Shown here one piece after another: positions 13,301 through 24,608 of a DNA stretch of 64,000 nucleotides. Below the pieces are notes generated by a model. The model was not told the DNA's origin and ran no database searches. It saw only the letters and a program-made list of their open reading frames with translations. Each line of letters begins with the position of its first letter. Position 1 is the stretch's first letter. This stretch comes from Rhodosorus marinus CCMP1338 (taxonomy: Eukaryota; Plantae; Rhodophyta): NCBI GenBank assembly GCA_029953675.1, contig JAMWBK010000007.1, positions 310,001-374,000 on the forward strand, read 5' to 3'. The translations under genes were made by a program, and so were the position numbers.

Positions 13301-13478
13301 CGTCCTTACCGCCGTGGGGTACGTTGGGTATGTCCTCAACATCCACGTCTTCCTGCGCGATAGATTCCGTCGGGACATGAACTCCGTCCTCCAAAGGACA
13401 AAAAGAGCGCTGGACCAGATTGCTCCTGATACACCGGCTGCAGACACATCAGTCACCTCATCTATATCTATGAACTAA
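10383..13478 (+). CDS. SEY1: Sey1/RHD3 atlastin-like ER fusion GTPase; multi-exon
   Basis: P-loop [86 protein letters not shown] and C-terminal hairpin [27 protein letters not shown]. Start codon is uncertain. Confidence 0.95.
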
Positions 13479-14157
13479 CACCACGGACCCGACAAAACGT
13501 TGACCCAAACCAAGATGGGGGCAACACAAAATTTTGCATCAGAGTTGGGAACGCTGAGGTTTCTCTAGCATAGACCTGGACATTCTTTCTGATATCTAAA
13601 AAGATAACCTGAAATGCTTAAACTTGGGTTGCATGCAAGCTCAGTTTGGCCAAACGTAACCCCTTCTGCAAGAGCCATGCAACCCTAACCTGTTCACTGC
13701 GATTCCTCACCTGCTTCGATAACGAACAAGAACATGTTTGTCCTTTATTTGGTATCCAAAAGCACTGATTTTTCAAATTATGAGTAGATTGAGGAGCAAC
13801 TTTTCTAGATTATTTCGTAAATGGCTGTTATTTTCAGAAAAAGAAAAAGAAATCTATCTGACTACCGTCTTAATTAAGGACATGAATACTTTGTTTTGCG
13901 AAAAGAGCGATAATTTAGAAAATATCCTCACACGGGAGGTTAGATTTACTCACTCCATGACGTTTTATGTCTTTGGGGCGGATGGAGAACGCTGGCCGGC
14001 TGCGGCAAAAGGAGGAGAAGGAGAAGGAACAGAGGGGGGGGGTGGATAGATCTTCTTTCGGATTCCAGAGAACAAGAGTTTGAAAATTTTCACTGAATGT
14101 TTCATTTGTGTGAGTTGATTTGATGAGGGGTGTTCCGGGCCAGGAGGAAGGGAACAC

Positions 14158-15978
14158 TTGGCAGGAGTAGGGGTTGTTTTGGGGGAACTTTTTTGTTGGG
14201 CAGATGTGAGCAGGAACAATCGCCCTGTTTCGTATAAAGCGCCCGGCGGCGGTAGCTTTTTTGACATCATGCAAGAGTGGGGAGCTGAAGCTGAGGACCC
14301 GGAAGATGGATTTGGAGATATGAGGAGGGGTGTGAGGACTGTAGAGGAGATGTTGGAAGACTTGAATGTCATGAACGGGTCAAGTCTCCGGCTCCCTTCC
14401 CAGAAGGGCGAAATGGTAGATGAGGTACCTGTCGATCCTTCCGTTGAGGACGATATGTTGATCCCGGGTTTGCCTCCTCAAGTCGGCGTAAGCAAGTCGT
14501 GAATCTCTTTTCGAACATGATGATCCACCTGGGAGATGAAAACGTTTTGCTTAGACGTCCGGTCTCTTGTCGCTGTTTCGCTGTACAGCATACCATCACG
14601 ACGTACCTCATCGGATCGCGCAATCAGATTCTGAAGCTCCTTGATGATAGCGGGCTAGGACACGACGAGAACGAAGGCTCCGATTCAGTACATGACCTCG
14701 TGATGATCCTTACCTCCATCACGACGGCCATCAAGACGGTTGGTGCTCAAGTAAAGCGCCTGGGACTCCCGAGAGCCGTATGCATCATATTCCCGTACAG
14801 AACAACTCACATGGGTAACCAGTATCTGTGAGAATTAAATCTCGTACGTCGCTATTCCCCGTTTTGCGTTTATACGTTTACCAACAGGCAACGGCTAACC
14901 CGAAAGTGCTGAATCAACTCGCTAATGAAACTTGGATCAACACCCTGCGCTCGAATGGACGCTGCTCAATGTTGGTTTCCGAAGATCGGGAAGAGCCAGT
15001 TATCGTCGATCACGAAAGCATGGGAAGATACATTGTCGTATTTGACCCTCTTACCGGCCTTGCTGAACCTCCCTGCGAAGATATGGTAATGTGCACCGGC
15101 CTCGTCTTCACAAATTATGCGTTTGAATTTTACCTCTGAGCTCACATGGTCTCGTTCTTCGATCCGCTTAGGGCGCAATATTCGGAATATTCAGACAGAG
15201 GTCTCAAGGCCTTCCGAAGCTCGACGACGTTACCCAACCAGGCAGACAGATTGTCGCTGCGGGATACGCATTGTACGGGTCATCTACGGTGATCATGTTC
15301 AGGTAGGTTTTGAGTTGAGAAGCAGTTTTCCAGCTAACCCGTGACCTAAACGCAATGTTTTACCCGGCACGTCTCCTGACACTTGCGCAGTATTGGCGAC
15401 GGTGTTCACGGCTTCACGCTTGATCCGACGATGAGTGAGTTCATCTTAACTCATGAGAACGTGAAAATCCCATTCGCGGGTCATATCTATGCTGTCAATG
15501 AAGGGCACACGAGTTCCTTTCGAGATCCAGTGAGGCGCATGTTGACAGAGCTGAAGGTACAGATAATCTTCTTTCCAAATATTTCCAACGGTGTTGGCCA
15601 GGACTGACGCGTTCTTTTCTATTCGTAATTCACAAGTCTGAACCCGCGCTGGACGGTAGCAAGCGACAGCTCCGGTACGTTGGCTCCATGGTAGCTGATA
15701 TCCACAGAACGATCACGTACGGGGGGGTGTATATGTATCCAGAGTATAATCAGCAACCAGCAGGGAGACTAAAATTATTGTATGAGGCGGCGCCGTTGGC
15801 ATTTTTGGTTGAACAAGCCGGCGGACAGGCGTCAAATGGTGAAAAGTCCATCCTCGATATTATACCTCAGTCAGTACACCACAGACTGCCGGTGTACATG
15901 GGCTCCGAGGACGACGTTAGCTTCATAACCGGATGCTTCAGAAGGTATCGGGAGAAGTTGCTCCTGGACCAACCTTGA
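14158..15978 (+). CDS. Fructose-1,6-bisphosphatase class 1-like protein with degenerate active site and acidic N-terminal extension; multi-exon
   Basis: LVSED, YIVVFDPL, GAIFGIF, QPGRQIVAAGYALYGSST, GVHGFTLDP...EFILTH, NEG, RYVGSMVADIHRT..YGGVYMYP, LLYEAAPLAFLVEQAGG. Start is uncertain (the ORF starts at TTG 14158; first in-frame ATG is near 14270). Confidence 0.9.
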
Positions 15979-17576
15979 GAGAGAGGTGGGTAGGTTTTGC
16001 GTTCTCGATCCTTTCTAGTGGTTTTGATAGTTGTGCTTACCCTCGGCGTGTCCCAGTTTGCCTTCTTCAGGACTTCGAAAACGGAAGACGGAAGCAGAGC
16101 ATTTCTTGCCATTGTATTGAACAATAAGGCAGCGATGCCAATGGGCATTCCGCGACCGTCCGGAGGCGATCGTTGCAAAACCTGTGGAAGGCTCCGAACA
16201 GCTTTACTTTTTTTTTAAAGTGTAAATAGAATTTAACAGGCGGGCTAATGATTCCACCCTCGGGTCATAGACCACTACACTTCGGATGCGAGGGGCAACC
16301 GAGCTCTGACAGCTGAATGCGAATGAGAGGCAGTATATAGTCGTCGACGTGGAGCTTGATTCCATGTCCAAGGGTGAATGACTGATAATGAATTTTGGAT
16401 GTGCACCAGCGATGCCTGTCGACTTCCCAAATTCAAGTCAAACTGTTTTTCCCGATCAAAATCCAGATACCACCTCCTAGGAGCGGGTATCAAAACAGGA
16501 CTCCTCAAGCTAACTATCGCGATAAATGGGATCTGTTCAACGCAACGTGCTTCCGCATACGAAGCTTTTCTCCGCTGAGCTACAACAGTTTTCCTGCGTC
16601 AAGCCTTTGCCCAGCACTGTCGCGTCCACTTTCGCGCCAGGAATCTAGGAGGCATCCCCCCCCCCCTCCGCGACAAAAATTTGATTCCGACCCAAATCCG
16701 TCACATTCGGGGATCCCGAACGAGCCAAGGCGAGACACGGCTCCACACCTGAATGGATCCAACAGCGCTTGCGTGCATCAGCGATTGCTGATGAACTAAG
16801 CAAGTCAATAAGCACTATTGACTTTTGCCACCATGGACTCACATATGACAGTCTGTCCGAACGCGCACGAAAGTCCCAAATATCCGGTGATCGCGTTTTG
16901 ACAAAGAAAATTTCCGTTAACAGCAAAATAAAATCATATCTAAACCCCGGCGAAGCCGGCAGTCGCTCGGTGTATATATATATATCTCGATGCTTCTCTC
17001 CAGTTGTGGGCGGTAAATAACTGCTGGTGGTTCCTATTAGATATGAGCAAGAGATTAGGAGAAGCGTTTTGGTGCTAGAGGGGACCCCCCGCTGACATGG
17101 AGAAGTCCTGGAAAGTTGGGGATAGCTCAGAATGTTAGTGCCCTACGACAAGCCTCGCGGGACTGCGGGAGCCCTTCAGATGAGGAGCTTATCCAGAAGG
17201 CGACATAATCATGCACAAAAATAACTGATCGAAAAGCTGTTAAACGCTAACAATGATCTCGCTTCGGGGACGAAAACAAAAACAAGCAAACACCAACCCA
17301 CGTGTTGCCAAAGCCAAAAACGCCACTGCACTTCGAGGCGAAAACAAAAAACCACCAGTTGATTAAACCTAAACGCATCTATTGCCTCCCTCTACATCTA
17401 CCTCTTCCCATCATGTCAGTCGTAAGAAAAACTACCATACAATGCCAGTCATCGAGTCCATGCCCACATGAGTTCTGGCTTCTTCACCAACCCTCCAGCT
17501 TGGCAAACCCAGATCAGCCACCGCCGCCGACAAACAGAAAACCATACAAAATCTCCCAAAATCACATCGCCAATAC

Positions 17577-17650
17577 CTCTCTCTCTCTCTCTCCCTCTCT
17601 TCTCCCTCTTCTCTCTCGCTCCTCTCTCTCTCTATCTCTCTCTCTCTCTC
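17577..17650. repeat. (CT)n microsatellite
   Basis: Interrupted CT dinucleotide run. Confidence 0.9.
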
Positions 17651-17863
17651 TTTTTTAGATATTCCAGTTACTTAACAGGATATTTTAACTTCGCCCGATG
17701 AGGGATGGAGGGGGAATTTTATGGCACGATGTTAAGATATTGAGAAATTTCTTTTTGGAAAGGTGTCGTGGGGGGGGGGTGGGAGGGTACCAACTCACAT
17801 CGTTAAAGGGACAGTCTGTTATTAAAAAAGTTGTGTTTTACATGGTGAACGGGGGGTAATGTT

Positions 17864-17867
<4 letters not shown>

Positions 17868-17902
<35 letters not shown>

Positions 17903-17907
17903 GAGAG
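17868..17907. repeat. (GA)n microsatellite upstream of the glucan phosphatase gene
   Basis: GA dinucleotide run, followed by a G-rich tract to ~18100. Confidence 0.9.
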
Positions 17908-18131
17908 GGAGGGAGGGGGAAGGGTAATTGTTGTTAAGGCATATTAATGAAAAAGAGAGAGGCGGGTTCGTGGTAGTATTCAGGTTGGTGTGGGATGGGG
18001 GAGGAAGGAGGGGCATTAGGCTTGGTTGGGATTTAGTGTTCTGGGGAATTAGGTTGGGGGGTGGTGTGGGGGTGGGAGGGGGGAGAGGGGTGGGAACAGA
18101 GGGTTTGGTATTTTGTATGTTTGGTTTATAA

Positions 18132-20518
18132 ATGATAAAGAAGGCGGGGTTGGTTGTATTCGGGTCGTTTATGGAGAAGGAGGCGGGGGCTGCGGCCCCG
18201 TCTGGTAGGGAGGAGTTTTGGGCGTGTAAGGATCTTTATCCGAGTTTAGTGACGGCGGACGTGGCCGTGGAGGAGGATGATGCGAGTTTTGGTGAGGATG
18301 AGCCCGATAGAGGGGGCGCGAGGAAGTGGATGGAGTCGCTGTCTCTTCTGGAGGAGAATTTCGACTCCGCCGCGCATGAGAGGATGGCCGAGATGGAGCT
18401 GCAGAGAAAACCGCAGGACAGGATTGTGGTCGAGTTCTCTGTGGTGAAGAAGATTGGTGTGGAGGCGTGCGTCTTCATAGCGGGTTCTGACCCTCAACTG
18501 GGATCCTGGAACATCTCTGAAAACAAGAAAAACCAACTCACCTGGAGCGAAGGAAACCTCTGGCGTACCAAAATCGAGTTCAAGTTCGTCAAGAGCGACT
18601 CTCCATTCGTCTGCGAGTACAAGTACTATATACAAGCTCGGAAGGGACACTCGCATACAACGTAAGGACCGAAACGACATTCCTCAACCCTCTGGACGGG
18701 GTCAAAAAACTCCGGATTCTGTTCTTTCACTATCTCTCTCTTCTTGAGCTGCGTCGATGTCCTAGCAGTTCCAATTCGTTGGCTTAGTCCCAGCTTTCCT
18801 GTTAGCACTGATTTCCACAGGCATTCGGCCTGAAGGACAGTCTGTTTACTTTTTGCCCAACAGTGCGACTAGTCCACTTCGTCTCATTGAGTTAGCTGAC
18901 AGGTTTTCTTTTAACACTGATGTACAACGGCCTTCAGCCTGAAGGACAGCCTTTATGTACTGTTTGCTTACCGGTTCGACTGTTTCACTTCGTTGCTTTT
19001 GCTGACAAAATTTCCTTTTTAAGCACTGACCGCGAATGGAATTTGATCTGAAGGACGGTATGCTTCTCCCGTTTCCTGTGTTTTGCGTAGATGGGAGGAC
19101 GGAGTGAACCATGTCGTCATGGTGGTAGCTGGTGCTGGTAGAGATGTGAACGTGGAGGATGAGTGGGGATCATCTGGCGCGACCAAGTTTACTGAGGATG
19201 AGGTGCATCAAGTGAAGCGAACGAAGAGTCTTGGATTCAAGACGTTCCTGGAGAACGTACTTACGCCTTTGAGGCAGCGGAGGGTGGACTTCCTGGTTCA
19301 CGCGAGGACGGCCATGGGAGATGTCATGTACGTGTGCGGGAGTATTCCCGAGCTCGGGAGTTGGCAGAGGAACAGGGCGGTCAAGCTCAAGTACGGCGGG
19401 GCCGGGGAGGGAGCTGACTCGGTCTGGGGGGGCATGGTTACGCTTGAGGACGAACGGATGCAGTTTGAGTACAAGTACTTCATATTGAAGCAAGACGGGA
19501 CGAGAATTTGGGAGAAGGGAACCGATAAGAATCGCCAAGCGTTGACTTGGATGAAGCCGGAGTACCAGCCAGGTAGGATTCTCTTCGAGGACAAGTTTGA
19601 GTGTAATATTATCAACTTCAGTATATTCTACCCCGCGGGCGAGCACGAAGTCATGCACGTCACGGGTGAACCTGCGGTTATTGGCAAGTGGATGGACCCT
19701 GGACCGGTACCGATGAGGCTCGGAGTGAAGGAGAAGCTTGAAACGGACGTAGAGGGGCAGAAGTGGGAGCTTTCCGTGTTCCTCAGCCAGGAGACGAAGA
19801 GCTTCCAGTACCGCTACGCGCTGAAGAACACCGTAACAGGCTTCTCCAAATGGGAGCGCGAGCCCAATCGAGTCGCAAACTTAAACAACCTGCAGCCAGT
19901 CAACAGCACTTTCTTCCTACGCGACGTTAACTTTGTTGCGGACATGCAGTTCCACGAGTGCCCACCGGATATGTTCATAGGGCCGTACCCACAGACCACG
20001 GCGGACATAGACGAGATGGCAGAGGCTGGAGTAACGGCCGTCCTCAATGTACAGACTGATGAGGATTTCGATCACAGGCAGATCGATTGGGAGACACTTC
20101 TAGAACACTACGAGAAGCGAAATATACAGGTATGGATTCGCGCAATATCCGTCCAAGAGTTTCCTCGGCTCTGTCGACGTTAACACGCCAAATTCACCAC
20201 GCTTGCTTTTCTCTTATCTGCAATGTGCTCTAGGTCGTTCGCTGTCAGATTCGAGATTTCGATCGGAACAGTCTTCGAGAGCGGCTGATGAGTGCGGTGC
20301 GCGTGCTCGACGTGTTCCATATGGAAGGGAGGAAGTCGTACATCCACTGTACTGCGGGTATGGGACGTGCACCCGCAGTAGTTGTAGCATACTTGGTTTG
20401 GGTGAAGAAGTGGAACCTTTATGACGCCGTGCAGCACGTCAAGACGCACAGACCCGTTGCGGTACCGAACGTACCAGTCCTCGAGGAGGCGCTGAGGAGC
20501 AAATACACACTGTACTAA
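18132..20518 (+). CDS. Laforin-type glucan phosphatase: three CBM20 starch-binding domains + dual-specificity phosphatase
   Basis: Three CBM20-like blocks: GSDPQLGSW...EYKYY...WEDGVNH; GSIPELGSW...EYKYF...WEKG; GEPAVIGKW...QYRY...WEREPNR. DSP motifs FIGPYPQ, VLNVQT, IRDFD and HCTAGMGRAPAVVVAYL. Introns 18662-19090 and 20130-20233 restore the frames. Confidence 0.93.
18760..19057. repeat. Degenerate ~109-bp tandem repeat (about 3 copies) inside intron 1 of the glucan phosphatase gene
   Basis: CACTGA at 18806/18915/19024 and CTGAAGGAC at 18830/18939/19048, each exactly 109 bp apart. CA(A/C)TTCGT at 18772/18875/18986. Confidence 0.8.
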
Positions 20519-21125
20519 TGGCCACAGAAGTAGAGAACCCGAAAACGCCGTCGATGGGCCGCAAGCAGGTTTTTTGTCACTTCAGAGAGGAAACCAGACT
20601 GTAAAATAGGTACCTTCAATTCAACCAAAAATTCCACGAGCTGAAAGAAACTCGCAAGGAAAAGAAAGGTGTCGATTACTGCTGCTATCTATCATTCCTC
20701 TTGGCACCCGAAGTTATCTAGTGTGTAGAGCAATTTGGATTGGGCTTTTGCGGTGGTTGTGGTTGAGACCTCTGCAGCCAGCTTTCTGCGTCTGCTTCTG
20801 AAACCAGAGCGAGCGAGCGAGAGAGATAGAGAGAGAGAGACAGAGACAGAGGACCACTAAACGTAAACATAAAATGAAAAGTCTGCATCCGGTCCATAAA
20901 ATCTCCTCTTCTGCTCCGAACCACTACACCCTTCTGCCACATCCAACGCCAGCGATGCATCTCAGCAAAAGTATTGAACAAAGATATATATACATCTTAA
21001 TTAACAGTATACGCGGGGAAGGAATGAACTGTGCTTCATGCTTCTTTCCAATCGAACATAACTAAATGTGCTTCCGCCTCCAAGAACGACAGCCGCGCAG
21101 CGGTGGCCATACACTTTCCGTTCAC

Positions 21126-21824
21126 CTAATGCACAATCGGTTTGAGTGTCTCTCCCTGTATGGATAAAACAATAAACAAAAAACGATATGACTATCAGAT
21201 AAAGAATTATCAAAATAAATTTATAATGATTTACGATAACTCGAGACGGCGACGATGGAGGTTGGTGTTTACCTTTACGTTTTCCCAGTCTACATCCTTG
21301 TCCTTCTCCTGATCTACGAGCCCAACGATCGCTCTGTTTTGAAGTAGAAATTAGTCGTATGTTCAGCCAGCTATTAGCACTGATCATTGTTCGCTTCAGT
21401 TTCCTCTACTAGCCGCCAGATGATTCCTTACACGTTGGGTCCCCTGATGACGAACAGCCCTCGTGGAACTTCCTCTACCCCAGCGTCATCAGAGAAGAAT
21501 CTTTCAATGGTATTCTCCAGGATCAAGTTGTGAGCTTGATCTACCCCCCGCAGTGTCCCCTTGTTTTTATAGAAGCGTTTCCGTAAGAAAAGCAGATGAG
21601 TGAGCTATTGAAAAACAAACCAGTTAGGCAAAACAAAACTGAAACGACATTCCCCTGAAGACTCGCCTGAGCGGAGCAGATCAGTAAGAAAAGCTAAACC
21701 CACAGGGGGCTCATAGACAAGCACGAATCGATGATAAGCCAACACTCACCTGAACATTCCTTCCGTCGTGCATCACTACGGTCACGATCTTGTCAATGAA
21801 AGGCTCGCAAAGGTGGCGAGACAT
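21126..21824 (-). CDS. LSM8: U6 snRNA-associated Sm-like protein LSm8; 4 exons
   Basis: Spliced: MSRHLCEPFIDKIVTVVMHDGRNVQ|GTLRGVDQAHNLILENTIERFFSDDAGVEEVPRGLFVIRGPNV|AIVGLVDQEKDKDVDWENVK|GETLKPIVH*. It is absent from the ORF track because the exons are short. Confidence 0.92.
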
Positions 21825-21946
21825 TCTTTCTTCAACAACAGTCAAAACCCTTTCCCAACCACGGTGCTCAGTCCCCCCCTAACGGCAAACCAATCCTACT
21901 CGTCAATACAGACGAGAGTTGTCACAAAGCCTAAACAGATCGCGCG

Positions 21947-23136
21947 TTGCGCCGAGACTTGACTCTGCCTGTTTGCCTTTCCTGTCCAGTAATTCCTAAG
22001 CACAAGCAGCACCAACTTGAAGCAACCTTAAGGCTTCTACCAAAAGGTCAACAACAGGTAGTAGGGACGCAATCCTTCATCCTCTGCAGGCACCCCAGTC
22101 CACCAGCTGGCGAGTTGGTAGGAAGAAGCGATGTGCTTTGGGTTATTTTGATCCTTTCTTCAAGATTCCTTTGGATCAAAGCTTGTCAAGTGGTACGGAG
22201 TTTCACCACTAGTCCCCGCTAGGGAGTATTCAGCTTCTCTAACGACCTCCCGGCCAGAAGAACAGCGGCCAGTCAGAGAACTGCTTGAGGTTGTCGTTAA
22301 AGAAGCTGAACCCTTCCCGGCGGAGACGGACTTGCGTATACCTCTCCATGTTCCTCAGCGGCTCATGTCAAGTGTGCGGACTTGGTCGCGTGCGTGACTA
22401 ACAGAGTTTTCTCCCTGGGAGCAGGCTATTACATCGCTCAACTATGCCCCTCGTCTGATCGTTTTCATCGGACTCCGTAGATCGATTGAGCGATGGGAAA
22501 AGCCGGACCTTTCGTAGAAGGTAGTTGCGAGTATTGAACGAGCTGGTTGAATATCAAGCTTGTCTGCGGGGCTTTCGACGGCGTTTTGCAAAGATCATTG
22601 GAGCTGTTGATATGAATCCCGGCCCGTTGCATTTGCAAGGTCCAAGGAGGGGCGCATCAGTACGATACATTCTGGAACGCAGCGGAGATCCTTCTGGAGA
22701 ACAAGCACAAGTGGATCGGCCGACCCTCAGTACGCGGCGACAGCGTGAGGTTCTAAACTTGCCCTTGGCCAAGCACAAAATTGGGAAAGTAGACAAGCCG
22801 ATTGCAACATGCCCTATTGTAGCGTCTCGGTGACGGTCGTGAGTTACGTGCGATGTTCCATAAATTCCCAACAAGCCCTGCAGATAAGGTTATCCGTCCC
22901 CAACCCACTCCCGTGGTGTAACAAAGCAAGAGTTTGAGAGCTTGGCCAGAGCTGGGGTGAGGCGTCATGCCCACCTGACGGGGGAAGTAGCTCGGATCTC
23001 TGTGAAGGCTCTGTCAAGGTTTTCGGCGTTTGCAATCAACGTTACGCCTTTGAAACGCGCAGATCACGGTCTTCTCAACCTATTTTGCCATCTGTCTGAC
23101 GGCACTACCGAACGGGCTTTGGAATCGTTTTGCTGA
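21947..23136 (+). CDS. Possible multi-exon hypothetical protein, head-to-head with LSM8
   Basis: Coding-like GC, splice-like sites (CTAACAG at ~22398-22404, AGAAG|GTAG at ~22520) and short open frames such as GYFDPFFKIPLDQSL. No complete gene model could be built. Confidence 0.25.
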
Positions 23137-24608
23137 GCATCCTGCAGAATTTCTAGTGTCTTTACCTCGGGTTTTATCTTTCGCGCACTGCGTTACTCTA
23201 GTCGCTTTGCTGCATAGACTGGCTACGGCCGCCCTGGCTTGTATTCTTTGGATCGTAGTACCTGCTCATTAAACACCACCGCCAAATGTTCGGGCGTGTG
23301 TGCTCACGTACGGCGTCTTTCAGCGCTCAAGCGCTAGATTTCCAGTGCCATAAGCTTAGTCCTTTGACGCGCTGAGCACAGGAACGATACAGCCCAGGCC
23401 AAGCACACCACAGCTCGGTGTCTCGGGCTTTCGAAAGCGTGCTTATCACCAACTTCACCACTTACATACGCTAAAAATCCTCTATGTTGTGAACAGCGAG
23501 AATTGATTTCTCGAAATGTAGAATTTACATAAAAAATTTAACTAAATGGCTCGCATGGAAACTCTACATGACTCGTGAAGTAGATTTTTAATAAGGAAGA
23601 TTCTTCGGTCGGTCGAGGGCGGCTTGAGCTCAGTGCCGGAGCCTTGTGAGTAGGCGTTAACAACGAGCGTTCGATTTGTCTTCATTCAGCCAAGCTGGTG
23701 AATGATAAATGATCCTATGTTCAAGTACTAGAGCTTCTAATGACAGTCTTTGGAGAGAAGTTTGGTGAGATCCTCCTGCCACTCGAACTACGCTCTCAAA
23801 CTCTGAGGAAAGTTTTCCGTCAACGAAAATTTTTTTCGTTCCCTTTTTTGTACCCGTCTCAGACATGGCCTTGAAAAACGCGCCCTGGACCCAAATTTTA
23901 TACACATTTTTGCTTTGTGCGAAATTGTGAGACTCCAAGGGGGGGAGGGTGGGGAGGGGTTAAGTCGAAGGCCCTTCCACACGGGAAAATTTGCCACGAT
24001 TAGCTTTTTTTTGCTTGGCCCGCGTCTTTGGGAGTTGGGAAGTTTTACGTCGGGGCAAGGTGACAGGATACGTGCGAGGAAATTTTGGGAACATTGGCTT
24101 CAGAATCATGTTTTCTTGGATTTTTGGGAGGGGTGGAGTTTGACTGGGCCAATGTGAGGTGTAACATTCGTGGGTGGCGGTCGATGATAAAGGTTGAGAC
24201 GTCTTCGACGAAGTTCGGGGGAGACAGATGAGGAGGAGGTAGTGAGGCGGAGCACGTTGTGCTAGAGTAGTATCTTTGTTTTGTTTGGGGGGATGGGGGG
24301 GGAGGGAGGGAGGGAAGGAGGGGCAGGCGAGAGTTTTTCAATGTTTTAGATTTTTTGGCTTGCTTGCTTCGGGTTGTTTTGACCCTGCTGGGGTCACACA
24401 CATCAGAAGGAATGTTCTTGAGCAACCTTCTCGGTGGCTGAGAGAGAGTGGGAAAGCTGGAATTTTTGGGGGGCAGGAAAGGATCACGTGGACTGGGGGG
24501 GTTTCACTTTCTCCTGTAAGGAAGGTGTGTGCCTGTTGCCTTTTTCGAGGAGCACCCCCGAGGAATTGGATATTTGGGGTACCCGATAGCTGAGTAGTAT
24601 AAGTCACG

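Noticed and set aside
15160-15175. Intron end that can be read as FDPL, suggesting an alternative canonical FBPase DPLD exon
   Set aside because: It is out of frame with the following GAIFGIF exon and is followed by R, not D.
22410-22460. EQAITSLNYAPRL, resembling the kinesin ETLSTLRYA motif
   Set aside because: No P-loop, SSRSH, DLAGSE or HVPYR motifs were found nearby.
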